A DNA stretch of 63,326 bases, filler included, from Octopus bimaculoides (lineage: Eukaryota), in the NCBI RefSeq assembly GCF_001194135.2. It is 3 parts of 3 records of this genome, joined end to end, with 100 filler letters (N's around TTAATTAATTAA, not from the genome) between each part and the next. Parts side by side here need not be neighbours in the genome. Positions count along the whole stretch, not along the records: positions 1 to 25,006 come from NC_068987.1; 2 more parts are not named here. The stretch is one strand, 5' to 3'. The stretch's first letter is position 1. Each line of letters begins with the position of its first letter. Shown here piece after piece: positions 1-13,610 of the stretch. Under the pieces are notes generated by a model. That model worked only from the letters and a program-made list of their open reading frames with translations. It was not told the origin of the DNA and ran no database searches. The position numbers were made by a program, and so were the translations under genes.

Positions 1-352
1 TATATTTGAATTGAACAAATACGCAATAGAGAACAAAATATCCGGACAGATAGACGATACAAAGGCGGACAGAGGAAACAGCAATGATAGGGAATGAAAA
101 TCAAAAGGTGGGTCGTTCGTGGCATTCTTTTATCAGTCAAGTTACCAGATGTCCTTACACTTTCGGGCAGTTATATGTCCGTGTTGGTGACGTGCGATCC
201 TGTGTCAATGCGATGTCTAATTTAAAAATACCAAATTCGACTTTTATAGTTGCTTAAGTATGATGGTCTTATTTATAAGATCATCCACTATTACACTTAC
301 TGTAGAATTACAGAAAGGCTAATTCGTTTTTCATAACTAACTTTCTCTGCAG

Positions 353-423
353 TGATAGGTTTTCTCGTTGTAACTTTCCCACGGAAAGATCTTTCCAAGT
401 CCGAATCTCCAAGAAACATGTAG
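353..423 (+). CDS. Candidate terminal exon (hydrophobic stretch plus short tail), unidentified gene
   Basis: The acceptor is good (ctaactttctctgcAG, with a branch-like ctaac). One frame reads xIGFLVVTFPRKDLSKSESPRNM*; another frame is also open. No homology recognised. Confidence 0.2.
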
Positions 424-748
424 AATATGTACATAATTTTATTTCATTCAACGGTGCTACGAGTTTCACTAGTTATATATACATACATATGTACAAACAT
501 ACGCACATGTATGTATGTATGTACGTATGTATGTTTGTATTTATGCATGTATGTATCCATGTATGCATGTATGCATGCATGTATGTATGTATATATATTT
601 ATATAAATATATAACCAGATGAAACTGCAAAGATGATCTGGAACTCAACTGAGGAAAGAAAACTCCGAATGACCCTTCCGTGTTTTTCCTGTCCCTTTTT
701 GTATTCAATTATATACATACATACATACATACATACACACATACAGAC

Positions 749-783
<35 letters not shown>

Positions 784-784
784 C

Positions 785-815
<31 letters not shown>

Positions 816-1524
816 NNNNNNNNNNNNNNNNNNNNNNNNNNNNNNNNNNNNNNNNNNNNNNNNNNNNNNNNNNNNNNNNNNNNNNNNNNNNNNNNNNNNN
901 NNNNNNNNNNNNNNNNNNNNNNNNNNNNNNNNNNNNNNNNNNNNNNNNNNNNNNNNNNNNNNNNNNNNNNNNNNNNACATGCATACGCATATATATGTGT
1001 GTGAATATGTGTATATCTAAAACATTAAAAAAACGAACATAATCGTAAACTCTATTCTTGTTAATTATATACAGAAATTGTTTTGGGCTAAATAAACACA
1101 TACATATATAGACTAAGATCTTCTTTCCTTACAAAAGAATCGAGGTGACTCATTCTCTTTTTATCACTTATTTTATATATGTCCAACTAACGTTATGTAT
1201 ACACAAAGTAAAACATTTCCTTTCGAACTGCAAAGCGAAAATATTAATTCTGTGAAAATATGCTTTTATATTTCTAATTTCGTACATAGAATAAAAGAAT
1301 AAAACTGTTCTCTCCTTAAACTTGTTTTTCATTAAGCAATTATATATATATGATGATGATGTATTCCTTTACCGTAGATGACAAATGAGAGTTCAGTAAA
1401 ATAATGCATTGATTATGTTCTATAAACACGAATGTGACTCCTGTGTCTTGCTGATACCTTGCAAACCTTTTGGCAAATGGAACAACTTGAAGACTCATTT
1501 TTTGTGTGTGCCTGTGGATTATTT

Positions 1525-1990
1525 ACTGTGCATTTTCTAGGCCCAGCTTTGCTTCGTGCCACAAAGCCACTATGACAAGTAAGGTTTCCATTTAGAGGAG
1601 CATTGTTTTACCAGCGTTGGTCTTGGTGTCAGAGTCGATTTTGCTTAACATTTTGAACTGAGAAGCAGGAACGGTGTCAGGTCCTGCGTTCTGATGCTTT
1701 ATTTTCTCAGAAAGAAAAGTGAATGTTGCATCTTTTCGGATTGTCTTTTAGTTTGTATTTGAAGCACAAGAATGGACTTCAAACTGCCATTCCTGTTGTG
1801 AATTGGCCAAAGAGAAGTTGGTTTGGAATTCTGATATCACTCATACATGATAGATGACTTGACCATCTAAGCTGTATTTTGATAAGTATGGCTTCAATAC
1901 CTGATATGTTGCATTTTGTAAGTACCTCTCTATTATGAATATGTACCCTCGGTTTTATGTTGGAGATAGGACGCAAGCATCGCATATGAA
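1525..1990 (-). mobile_element. RTE-clade LINE, degenerate 3' end of ORF
   Basis: The minus strand reads MRCLRPISNIK..IHNREVLTKCNISGIEAILIKIQLRWSSHLSCMSDIRIPNQLLFGQ then FKYKLKDNPKRCNI. This matches the RTE post-RT pattern (HMRCLR..I.N.EVL....IE......LRW.GH..RM...R.P.QL.YG.L). Confidence 0.8.
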
Positions 1991-2029
1991 AAGCGAAACT
2001 ACCTACCTACATTTCTTCCTGTAGCACAT

Positions 2030-2062
<33 letters not shown>

Positions 2063-2657
2063 CAGAGAGACAGAAAATGGAATTCATGAGATTCTTTATT
2101 AATCATCATGATCGATTCGACTCAGCGTGCTTGTGTATGGTACTGCTAAAAATATAATACATATTTGCTGTTTGAGTCTGTGTTACTTGGGTTCAGTGGG
2201 ACCAGATAGTTGATACACTTTCTCCAATATATCTGAAGAATATATTCTGTCAATTAAATTGATAAAATATAAATGAGTCACATCATTTTCTAGATAAATT
2301 ATCCCTTGTTTACATTGATAACAAATCCCATTTTTGTCAGACTACTGAAGTTCGATTTATGAAAAATTATAAATTGTTTTATAGGCACTCACAAGCATGG
2401 TGATACATCAAATATTGATTTTTGTGCACATGAAAAAGTAAATTATTTATGACTGTAAATGAGTAATCTATAAAATCAACTCTATTTCTGCTGGTATAAC
2501 GAATGCAGAAGAATGTTTATGCTACTCTGTTACAAATATTTAAGTTACTTATCGTTTCGACAGCCCAGTCAGACACGCATACACACTACATACACACACT
2601 CAAACAAGCACACGCACACACACACATGCACGCACATACACACATATACACACACAC

Positions 2658-2700
<43 letters not shown>

Positions 2701-3200
2701 AATATGACGAAAATTCCGTATCCAGGTAGGTCGTTTCGCAAATATATTTCAATATGTGTGATTAACAACAATGTTATAGTGGTGTATCTAAAATAGATTC
2801 AGTTAAAGTGAGCCATTTTATACGCCAGAGACAAATTTTCACGTCAATTTATGCTCCACAGTTAATATAAGGGCACTACGAATGTAATATTATTCTAGCG
2901 AGGCGAAACAGAACGTTCCTCGAAATACTTTCTCACACTTAATTCAATATTAATAATCATCTTCTCCCAAATGTACAGTATTATTTCGTACCTTATATAA
3001 GCTTCTCTTTCTTTCCTACTACTCCTTTTGTTTTCTAAACTTTCTTCTTTCTCTTTAATAAATGAGTCCATCCAAAATGTCTGACTGTCTTCTGTTTTCT
3101 CCTGTAGCGCATTAACTATGCTTGTACTCTTCATTGTTGATTTTCTTAGCTTTGTATTCCTACGCTTTTCTAGCACGTGTTTTCTTTCTTTCTTAATTTA

Positions 3201-4247
3201 CGAGGGTAATCCCTAATGTAAGGTCTCGAAATCGTTGGGGACTGTGCGTGCAGCTATTGGCAACTATGTTGTGTTTGTTTTGCCCACGCCTGCACCGGCC
3301 CCTGCGCGTGCCTCGCTGCCATGCTCAGTCTTGGCTTGGCAGTCGTATCTCCCGACTGACTCTACCGACTGACTCTACCGACTGACTCTACCGACTGACT
3401 CTACCGCCAAGTGTGACGGTAAAGCTCCCGACTGACTCTACCGCCAAGTGAGACGTTCGCGCAATTTTGAACGCAAAAGGCATTGAACCGATTGAAATTC
3501 ATCGCCAATTAACGGAAGTGTATGGCGAGTCGTGCATGTCAAAAACGTCCGCAGGTGGTGTAGGGAGTTTGCAGCTGGTCGTACTGAAATTCAATTTCCG
3601 ACGAGATAGTCACGAAGGTTGAGCAAATCCTGTGTGAAAACTGGCGGATCACTCTGGATAATCTTCACATTTTGGTTTCTGATGTTTACCGAAGCACCAT
3701 TCATAGGGTTTTGAGTGGAAACTTGCAATATCGGAAGNNNNNNNNNNGAGATAGTCACGAAGGTTGAGCAAATCCTGTGTGAAAACTGGCGGATCACTCT
3801 GGATAATCTTCACATTTTGGTTTCTGATGTTTACCGAAGCACCATTCATAGGGTTTTGAGTGGAAACTTGCAATATCGGAAGTTGTGCGCAAGATGGGCC
3901 CCACGAATGCTCACAGAAGACTATAAACGGCAACCCACCTTATAGTCCGGACTTGGCCCCCAGTGATTACCACCTGTTCCCTAAGTTGAAAGAACATTTG
4001 GCCGGAACGCGATTCAGCAATGACAACGAGGTGAATGATGAAGTTCAACGCTTCTTCAACGATATAGCAGTGAGCTGAGGCGTATAAAAACTGCCCCAGC
4101 GCCTACAAAAGTGCATCGACCGAAATGACTATTATGTAGAAAAATAGATAAATGTTCAAACTTTAAAATGAGGTAGACATCATTGAAAATAAACGTTTCT
4201 GTAATTTCTAAATATTTTGGGAGACCTTACTTTTAGGATTCCCCTCG
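3201..4247 (+). mobile_element. Internally deleted mariner transposon with TIRs and TA target duplication
   Basis: There are 27-bp TIRs: cgagggtaatccctaatgtaaggtctc (3201-3227) and gagaccttacttttaggattcccctcg (4221-4247), with 4 mismatches and TA on both sides. Transposase motifs WAPRMLT and PPYSPDLAPSDYHLFPKLKEHL are directly fused at ~3933. Confidence 0.93.
3352..3450 (+). repeat. 13-bp tandem repeat (ccgactgactcta) inside the mariner
   Basis: Units start at 3352, 3365, 3378 and 3391, and again at 3428. The last two are each followed by ccgccaagtg. Confidence 0.9.
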
Positions 4248-4508
4248 TATTTTCTTATTTCCTCAACTTCTACATTTCAGTATGATTTTTATCTACGTAT
4301 ACACACATACAGACATAAACACACGCATAACGTGACAGGCAGTCAGACACACAATCACACACGCATACACATATATGTTATTAATTTTTCTAATGGAAGA
4401 TTTCTGGCATACATTTTCTTATTGAATAGCCCCTGACCGTCTTTGTTCAATGAAACTTATAAGCTGATGCCTTCTACACTTGACCGATTCTTTCATATAT
4501 TTCTATAG

Positions 4509-4589
4509 CTTTGGCTCTCAAGTCAGGGTGAACTGACATCTGACATCTACATACAAGAAATTGAACAACTCCTGAATGTTTTGCCTTAG
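4509..4589 (+). CDS. Candidate terminal coding exon, unidentified gene
   Basis: The acceptor atatatttctatAG is followed by LWLSSQGELTSDIYIQEIEQLLNVLP*. AATAAA occurs downstream (~4868, ~4986). Confidence 0.3.
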   Translation, partial: LWLSSQGELTSDIYIQEIEQLLNVLP

Positions 4590-5648
4590 TTTAGATTACC
4601 TATTTTTAACTGAAAAGAGATATGAAGACATGACGTTTATGCCTTACTCAGATATTAACTTACTAAATTAAGAGAATCATGAATGTGTATACAGCTAGGA
4701 AGTATTTGTAACAGTTTTATAATAACATGGCAGATGAGACATTCTGCCTTGATCAATTTCTTAAGGCAAGACATAAGATATTCATATGTAGGATTGCTCA
4801 GATAATAAGATATTCAAAATTCATGACGTTATGTTCTTGTTCTAGAAGAGAAAATGCTTACAAATATCAATAAAATATACAGTGTACAGACAGTAATACT
4901 AGTCGGCTACTGGAATGTATTACATGTAAATCACAATAATGAAACCAAACATAAAGCACATTCCCATTGGAATCCTTAACCTTGAGCAATAAATCTCTAA
5001 GTCGTAAAGGAATTAATTGGATGCTTTAAGGCTATGGTCATGTTCATTGATCTACACATAGAATTTTCGATTTGTCATGTTTTTTTCACNNNNNNNNNNN
5101 NNNNNNNNNNNNNNNNNNNNNNNNNNNNNNNNNNNNNNNNNNNNNNNNNNNNNNNNNNNNNNNNNNNNNNNNNNNNNNNNNNNNNNNNNNNNNNNNNNNN
5201 NNNNNNNNNNNNNNNNNNNNNNNNNNNNNNNNNNNNNNNNNNNNNNNNNNNNNNNNNNNNNNNNNNNNNNNNNNNNNNNNNNNNNNNNNNNNNNNNNNNN
5301 NNNNNNNNNNNNNNNNNNNNNNNNNNNNNNNNNNNNNNNNNNNNNNNNNNNNNNNNNNNNNNNNNNNNNNNNNNNNNNNNNNNNNNNNNNNNNNNNNNNN
5401 NNNNNNNNNNNNNNNNNNNNNNNNNNNNNNNNNNNNNNNNNNNNNNNNNNNNNNNNNNNNNNNNNNNNNNNNNNNNNNNNNNNNNNNNNNNNNNNNNNNN
5501 NNNNNNNNNNNNNNNNNNNNNNNNNNNNNNNNNNNNNNNNNNNNNNNNNNNNNNNNNNNNNNNNNNNNNNNNNAGCATTTAGTTTTGCGCAGTAGTGACT
5601 CTGCCACCTCGTCGCATTAATCCAATAATGAAGATGATGATGATGATG

Positions 5649-5696
<48 letters not shown>

Positions 5697-5699
<3 letters not shown>

Positions 5700-5836
5700 T
5701 ATAACATCCCACATCCTACACAAAACACTTTCAATACAGTAACCATTAGAGTATCACAGCAAGCCACAGCACATACCCAAGGCACACAGAGCTGCGCTCG
5801 GTAGTGAAGTGATAGCACGTTATAAAAATAAAACTA

Positions 5837-5839
<3 letters not shown>
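5697..5839 (+). mobile_element. R4/Dong-type family A, extreme 3' end embedded in (AAT)n
   Basis: It is near-identical to the 3' ends at 53930-54042, 58330-58461 and 59880-60010 (cacatacccaaggcacacagagctgcgctcggtagtgaagtg..aaaactactg), with (AAT)n on both sides. Confidence 0.85.
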
Positions 5840-5902
<63 letters not shown>

Positions 5903-5904
5903 AA

Positions 5905-5935
<31 letters not shown>

Positions 5936-6010
5936 AAGAAGAAGAAGAAGAAGAAGAAGAAGAAGAAGAAGAAGAAGAAGAAGAAGAAGAAGAAGAAGAA
6001 GAAGAAGAAA
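5840..6010 (+). repeat. (AAT)n-(AAG)n compound microsatellite
   Basis: Seen directly. Confidence 0.95.
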
Positions 6011-8357
6011 AAGAACAACATCAAAGTAATGGTGTTAATGATGTGGAAGAAATAGTGATAAAGAGAGAGTTGGAGGAAAAACAAACTCGTACATATGCTC
6101 ACATGTCCCACATGTGTTGACACAAACTGAACATTCTAAGGTAAACAGTAAATCTTGCACCATTCTCCTCTACTAACCACTTAATTTTTACCTGTTATCT
6201 AGCTCATTTCTGTAAATTTTTTCTATTAATTGTGCAGACAATCACCATCCCTTGCTAATGATTGCTCTCGTTAGCCTCTGAGAAACTTGGAATTTTTTCC
6301 GTCGGAAACATTATATCAACTTCTATTAACCAAATCCTTCTCTATCATTCTTATGTAAGCTAACTCTCTACATTCCAAATTAACAATCATTGGTAGCAAC
6401 TTCTCTACACGTTGTCTTTCTATGCTACACCTATACATTAACCAGGTAATTTGATAAAAACCACATCTAGATATATGTGGATGATTTGAGTTTATATTTC
6501 ACATTTAGGAATTCCTGAGGAATTTTGAAAGCGCTATTCACCCACTCCTTTTTCAATCGCATACTCCCCGTAGAAAAATGTATAGGTGAACACACAAAAT
6601 TAAACACAGGGTTAACATGTAATATAACTGAACAAAAATATTGAGTTGTCAAGAAATTAACAATAATTTGATCTGATGCAAAATCAAAAATAATATACAA
6701 ATAAAGGGAAAATAATTTTAAAACCGGCCTATTTTGATAAAGATTTATTGAGAAATCCGGAGAAATAATTATTATATAATTTGACAGAATGATTAAGTTA
6801 GTTAACATATATTTTTAGCATATGCCCTAGATGTATCTTACACGGTCAGAAGTATAATAATTAGCAATATGCTTTTACATATTGATGAAAGACATCGGAC
6901 ACTATTTTAATGAGAAAGAGAAAACCGATATTTGTAACCCGATATTCCGTGAGGAAATATTGATTGCAAAATCATAAAAATGTATCTAAGAATGAAATGA
7001 TTAAATTGAAATAAGTTGGAAGATATATGAGTGCAAAATGAGGATATAGTAATTGATTAAAATATAAGGGAAAAGGTCATGAACGAGATATGCGAATGAT
7101 ATAAATACATAGCATTTCTCACACCCTAGATAATCGATCCAATTTATTGAGTTGTACACTAAATACCGAATATGTTTAATATAATTAATAATTTGCGTTG
7201 CACAACGAAACAATAAAGCAAACTGATTTGTTTAAATAATAAGAAACAAGAATATTGAAAAATAATAGTAATAAAAGCACTGATAATAAAACAGTGCTCC
7301 ATTGACTATCAGGAGCATTGAAATCTTCCCAGCGTTACAGTTATATAATTGTTGTATCATTCCGCATGAAATAAGCAGGATAATATAGCAATAAAAGTTC
7401 GATCATGATAATATTGATCTTATATTGATTTCTGATAGAAACATAATACCAGAAATTTGTGGAGGACGGTATATTCATTTTAATTGATTTCGGACATGAC
7501 TAGTATTTATTGTACTAACAAGATAGAGTGGAAAATCAGAGTCGACAATGCCAGTTTTTGAATTCAAAATGTAAGAGAATAGGATAATGTAATCAGGCCT
7601 GCAGTTTGCCTCAGTGTAGATTGTGAAACTTACCAGTCTGCATTAGACTTCACTACAGCAAGAAAGATAACTGCATGTAGAAAAACAAAAAGCAAAAAAA
7701 AAAAATGCAGGAATGATTTGTATTCTAAGATAAAAAAAGAGGGTATCCTGTAGAAATATTTTTACAGCATAATGCTTTACCAAAACAACTCCATTTCAAT
7801 ACTTTTTAGATTTTGTATATAGGGATGGTTACGAAGGAACTGTAATAGCTTATGTTTGCCTTGTGTAACCAATGATCTGAGCCGCGGATATTCTTGCACA
7901 AATGCAACTCGAGAAATTCAGGAAAGGTATGGGATAGGAAATAATTCAAGAGGTAAGGTGCCTTAGTGAAGTAGGACAAGATATATGAATTAATCCGAGA
8001 TTGTAGGACAGAAACAGAACAAGAGACAAAAAGTAGTGTGAAGAATGAGTTGCATGGTCCTCAGTGGAAGCGACTCGATAAAAGTCAGCTTCGAGGAGCA
8101 GTAACTATTTGTCATAAAATGGCTAATTATATTGTAAAGCAGAACTTTGAAATTTAGCCAACTGACATTATTCCGCTTATGTTCGTGTGAACACTAGCAT
8201 CACCAAATAACAGAGTCGGGATGGGGTGGGATGATTAATTTCTGAGTCTCAGTTGTGTCTTGTAGCCATTTAACAACTAATTGGAAGTTCTGACAATTTC
8301 TTTCTATTGCGCAATTCTGAAGATTCAATTTTTACTATATATCTTATTGCAAAACAG

Positions 8358-8433
8358 ATATTCAGTGAGACACCCATTACTGCGAGCGGCTGTAGAGATT
8401 CTATCTGAATTTGTTGCAATATTCACTGACGAG
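8358..8433 (+). CDS. Candidate internal exon (76 nt), unidentified gene
   Basis: Bounded by ttgcaaaacAG and GAG|GTAAAG. It reads xYSVRHPLLRAAVEILSEFVAIFTDE and is more GC-rich than its flanks. Confidence 0.35.
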
Positions 8434-9919
8434 GTAAAGGAATGTTTCCTTGATATGTGCAGTGATTATATTTTGAACTGCTGCGACAATAGTGTATTAC
8501 CTGATTCAAAGAGATCTTTAATCTATCTTTTTAATAAGGTATTGTAGGTTGGTACGGAGGCAAATGAATATCATGTGGACGAGGATTGTTGTGAGCGTGC
8601 GATATAGGAGTGCAATTCCATGTAACATGTTTAGAACAGGGTGATGATTGACGCGACACAAAAAGAACCAATGATCTGATGTAAAAAACTTAGAATTTGC
8701 TGACATAACCAAACGACAGTGAAATTACAGTTCGCAAATACTGCGATAGTGCAATATGCATCACAGCTTAGTTTCAATAGAAGTGGGACAAATGGAACCT
8801 ATCGGTAGGAAGTCTACCTAGTTGATTTATGAGCTTGTATAATTACATGAATGTAACAATATCACAGCCCACTGTAAGTAACATAGGAAAGCACGACATC
8901 TCTATATCTACGTCTAAGAAAGTCACACTGGCTATCACTTAAGACTTATGAATATTAAAAGCTTTGTAGCAGATGATATTTAAAAGCTGGCTGAAACAGC
9001 ATCGACATATTGGAAGTGAGTGCAGTGGATGTTTAAGACGCGTACGTGAGGGTGAAAATCGGGATAATGCTTAACTAGGGTCATATAGAGAGAATCGAGA
9101 GAGAGAGAGGGGGGGGAGAAAGAGAGACGAAGAGAAACTGTAAAGTGTGTTGATAATAAGCCTCATATATATTCACGGTAATATGTACGAAATGACCGCT
9201 GGGAAATATTTCTCACTTGCCGCCTGTATGTACATAGTGTTCCTAGTGAGCAGAAATGTTGGTGGTGTTTAATTTTGGAACGATCATACATTCCAAGAAA
9301 GGGAAGCGAAAGATTTGCTACCGTATACTGCTGGCAATGTCATCAAAAGCGAACTATAAATAGTGTGACATCAACTCATATAGATTTCATATTGTCAACG
9401 GATCTGAAAAATCAACGTACGTATATTGTTCCTGAGAGAATTTCGGCAGTCGATAAAAATAGTACATTTTACACATTTGTTATATCTTTTGGGATATAAA
9501 TATATAAGGTAAATTTTGCACAAGTGACTGCCTCATAGGTAATGCACTGAATGTAATTTCAGCTTAATATCCATATATTTGTTGCCCATAATCTGTTGGT
9601 ACCTTCAGAGTCATGCTTTGCATTCGCAGAAGAAACGTATCTTTGAATATTTTTGGAATGTTTGAATTTATATATATATATTGTTTAAAGTGTTATTTTT
9701 ATTTATATTTATATAATTTGAAGTTTTGAAGTTTTATTATATTGGACATCAGTCTAAATGATGTTTCAATATATTTATGGCTAAATAAACTATACTGCAT
9801 TGCCAATAAATTCTGTACACATACATGAATGGTAATACTATATACACAAAGAAAAAGAAAACAAAATTACTTATCATCGTAGATTAGAGAACATGCTGTA
9901 AAGAAAAGAAACAATTTAC

Positions 9920-10006
9920 CGAAAGAATATATCTGCAGAGTCTCTTAGATAATCCAGCGTTTCGCCATTTCGGTATTCATTGAGGAAGCGCTCACTTATT
10001 GCCGCT
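9920..10006 (-). CDS. Candidate internal exon (87 nt, symmetric phase 2)
   Basis: The acceptor is weak (aaatatAG) and the donor is TCG|GTAAAT. It reads xAAISERFLNEYRNGETLDYLRDSADIFF. A competing plus-strand reading also exists. Confidence 0.2.
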
Positions 10007-11589
10007 CTATATTTTTATGTGATATGGAAATTTTGCTCTAAGAAATGTATTGCTGAATTAATACATCGTTTCTTGATTCATCCTTTTTAAAGATAGCCAA
10101 ACGTAGAATAGAATATGTTACTTCAAAACTGTCTCTCCATATTAGTAAATGTTTTACGAGGTGTTTAATGCATGTATAAAAGGTATTACTAACACTACCC
10201 ACCAATATACTTGACGTAACGAAGAATTGTAAGAAATTACATATGCCGAAATTACGAGACTACAGGATAAATACTAGCGGTGTGATTAACCACAACGAAT
10301 TTACAAGAAATAAATACACGGACATATCAACATGGCCTTCCATCACACCTCAACATATCTGTGAGTGTGTATGTTATATATATATATATATATATNNNNN
10401 NNNNNNNNNNNNNNNNNNNNNNNNNNNNNNNNNNNNNNNNNNNNNNNNNNNNNNNNNNNNNNNNNNNNNNNNNNNNNNNNNNNNNNNNNNNNNNNNNNNN
10501 NNNNNNNNNNNNNNNNNNNNNNNNNNNNNNNNNNNNNNNNNNNNNNNNNNNNNNNNNNNNNNNNNNNNNNNNNNNNNNNNNNNNNNNNNNNNNNNNNNNN
10601 NNNNNNNNNNNNNNNNNNNNNNNNNNNNNNNNNNNNNNNNNNNNNNNNNNNNNNNNNNNNNNNNNNNNNNNNNNNNNNNNNNNNNNNNNNNNNNNNNNNN
10701 NNNNNNNNNNNNNNNAGAATCAACACGGAGAATCTTTTCATAGAGAAATTCCAACCATTTCTTAACACACATACCCCTCAGTGACCTTATTTCTCTAGGA
10801 ACAAACATAAACTTCCTGCTGAAAAAGAGTTCATAACTCCAACTAAAAACATTTGTCTCCCCTTACTAAAACTTCCTGTTTTGACACCACACTTCCTGCT
10901 TAACACAAACTTTTAACCCTTTTTTAAACCTAACAGAACTCCCAATTTTCATGCATCCTTATTTTTCCAACTATTATATACATGATCTACCATTGAATTT
11001 CAAAAGCTCANNNNNNNNNNNNNNNNNNNNNNNNNNNNNNNNNNNNNNNNNNNNNNNNNNNNNNNNNNNNNNNNNNNNNNNNNNNNNNNNNNNNNNNNNN
11101 NNNNNNNNNNNNNNNNNNNNNNNNNNNNNNNNNNNNNNNNNNNNNNNNNNNNNNNNNNNNNNNNNNNNNNNNNNNNNNNNNNNNNNNNNNNNNNNNNNNN
11201 NNNNNNNNNNNNNNNNNNNNNNNNNNNNNNNNNNNNNNNNNNNNNNNNNNNNNNNNNNNNNNNNNNNNNNNNNNNNNNNNNNNNNNNNNNNNNNNNNNNN
11301 NNNNNNNNNNNNNNNNNNNNNNNNNNNNNNNNNNNNNNNNNNNNNNNNNNNNNNNNNNNNNNNNNNNNNNNNNNNNNNNNNNNNNNNNNNNNNNNNNNNN
11401 NNNNNNNNNNNNNNNNNNNNNNNNNNNNNNNNNNNNNNNNNNNNNNNNNNNNNNNNNNNNNNNNNNNNNNNNNNNNNNNNNNNNNNNNNNNNNNNNNNNN
11501 NNNNNATATATATATATATATATATATATAGTTGATTCAAGGAAGATATATCCTCAGTGGAGTTTATATAATCTGATGTATTTCACTGG

Positions 11590-13200
11590 TTATTCCCTGC
11601 CATGTAATGCCAATGTTATTGGTATATGTAAAGAATTGTTAAAAATATATTAGCAATTTTGAAGGAAGAAAAGAAAATGAAGAAAGAATGGATGTATAAG
11701 CTATTTATTTTTATGTTATAAAATGATACAAATTTCTCTTTAAAAACACATCAGTAGAAATAAATTGATTATGAGCTGTAAAGCTAAAAAAATTTAATAA
11801 AGTAACCTACATATATGTTTCAATCCTATCACCTTGTTGATCAGAATTTCCAAGTATTTGGTTAAATGTTAAGGAAGGTATCATATTCTAATTAAGTTCG
11901 ATAACAAACTATGGGCTGGTGAGAATACACCTGAAAGATTTGATGTAGCAATGGTCTCGTCCGATTCAGCTGAGGCCACTGATTCAGTCCGTTTATATAT
12001 TCTACACAAATGTAATAGTGAATTTCCTGAAATATTTGGTGTTTTATATAGGGACGACGAATTGGTCCTAATTAAAAACCCTTTAAATATAAAGCTAGAA
12101 TTCTATAAGGAAATTCTATAAGGAAATTCATTAAACGTAATAGAAGCCCAAAAAACCACACCTGAAGATCAAACCCAATTCTTATACTGACAATAATGAA
12201 AGAAGCATACACATCATAGATCCTAATAATACTAACCACAAAGTTATGACAATAATCACATGGATATAAATAATGTATTAGCCTCCGCCATAGGCACCAA
12301 GAACATATGTCCACCCATAAATTATGATAACTAATTCAACACTACACACAATGTAAAAAGAAATAAAAATTGCATACCTTATATTAAATCTAAAATGGAA
12401 AACTATCATAATCCAACTTCTAGTAATAATAGATTAAAGAAAAATATTAACTGGTTAATTCTGCCTTTCGCCACACAAGTAAAATCTAATTTGATCACTA
12501 TAATACGCAGGTTAATGAATAAACATTTTTATATTGATAAGAACAAATATAATGAATTATTCCGCAGCAGTTTTATCGATATGTCTTTTCAGTTATGCGT
12601 AAATTATTTACATACAAATTATCTCTAAATTCAACTAAACTACATAAATTTTACGCTAAACGTATACCCAATCTACCCCGCAATAAAAAAGATTCAAATA
12701 CTCCATTCTCACATGACAATCAATGGGGGATTACTCGTCCCAACCCACCTGTCATTTCCAAAGGCAATATGAGTGATATTTTGCGATTGTAGAGTTAAAG
12801 ACCAATGTAAATTTAATAATTACTGCAAAAGAAAGAATGTAGTATACCAAGCTATAGTTGAAACTGGCGGTGAACACTTCTTCTATATAGGTTCCTCGAA
12901 AAGTTTTATTAAAGGCAGAATCACAATCCATGAATACTCTTTCCGAAATTCTAATACACGTTCTTCGACTAGTCTTAGTAAATTCATCTGGGGATTAAAA
13001 GATAAGAATATATGTTTTAGAATTATATAGAAATTGTTATCTCATGCCAAAGCTTTTCATCCCTCAGATAAATACTGTCAACGCAGTACATCCGAACGCT
13101 ATAACATTATTTTTTCTACTAAAAATTTATTAAAAGAGAGGGTCGAATATTTCTCCGCATGCTTATACAGTCATAAATATCTATTCTATAAATACCATTA
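11590..13200 (+). mobile_element. Decayed Penelope-like element (RT plus C-terminal GIY-YIG endonuclease)
   Basis: RT: FDVAMVSSDSAEATDSVRLYIL..GVLYRDD (11939-12058). Thumb: INWLILPFATQVKSNL..LMNKHF. Linker: CDCRVKDQCKFNNYC. GIY-YIG: VVYQAIVETGGEHFFYIG..RITIHEYSF..TSLSKFIWGLKDKN. Stops and frameshifts are present. Confidence 0.88.
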
Positions 13201-13610
13201 ATTATTCTAAAATTACTAATATCACTTAGGGTGTTTTGTCTGACATGCTCTATTAATAATCTACTTAATATGCAACCCAATTAATTAGATGTCTATCAGG
13301 TCCAGAGTTTATATCTATCTATAAATTTTGTATTTATATTAAACCTGGTGTGCATATTAAATAGTTCCATTGTACATTAGAATCCTCATAAATAACTATT
13401 CCCTAAATACCATTAACCATTATATAATCACTAATATCATTTATATATTTTTTTATCTAAATCCGCCATTTATAATTTACTTAATACGCAGCCCAATTAA
13501 TTAGATACCTATTAGATCCTGAGTTTATAACTATAAATGTTATATTTATCTATCTGATCCGGTGCACATATCAAATAGTTCCATTGTATTTTAGGATCCT
13601 ATCGACAATA
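13192..13610 (+). repeat. ~215-bp diverged tandem duplication downstream of the PLE ORF
   Basis: ataccattaa..cccaattaattagat..gagtttata..ggtg(t/c)gca(t/c)atat..aaatagttccattgta occurs twice (from ~13192 and ~13407). A third partial copy lies at ~13695. Confidence 0.75.

Noticed and set aside
3603-3882. 135-bp perfect duplication inside the mariner
   Set aside because: The identical copies sit on either side of a 10-N gap, typical of unmerged contig overlap.
7634-7652. 19-nt minus-strand micro-exon with GTAAGT donor
   Set aside because: It is too short to distinguish from chance and does not chain in frame with neighbouring candidates.
10716-11010. Possible LINE fragment between two gaps
   Set aside because: No diagnostic motif could be read.
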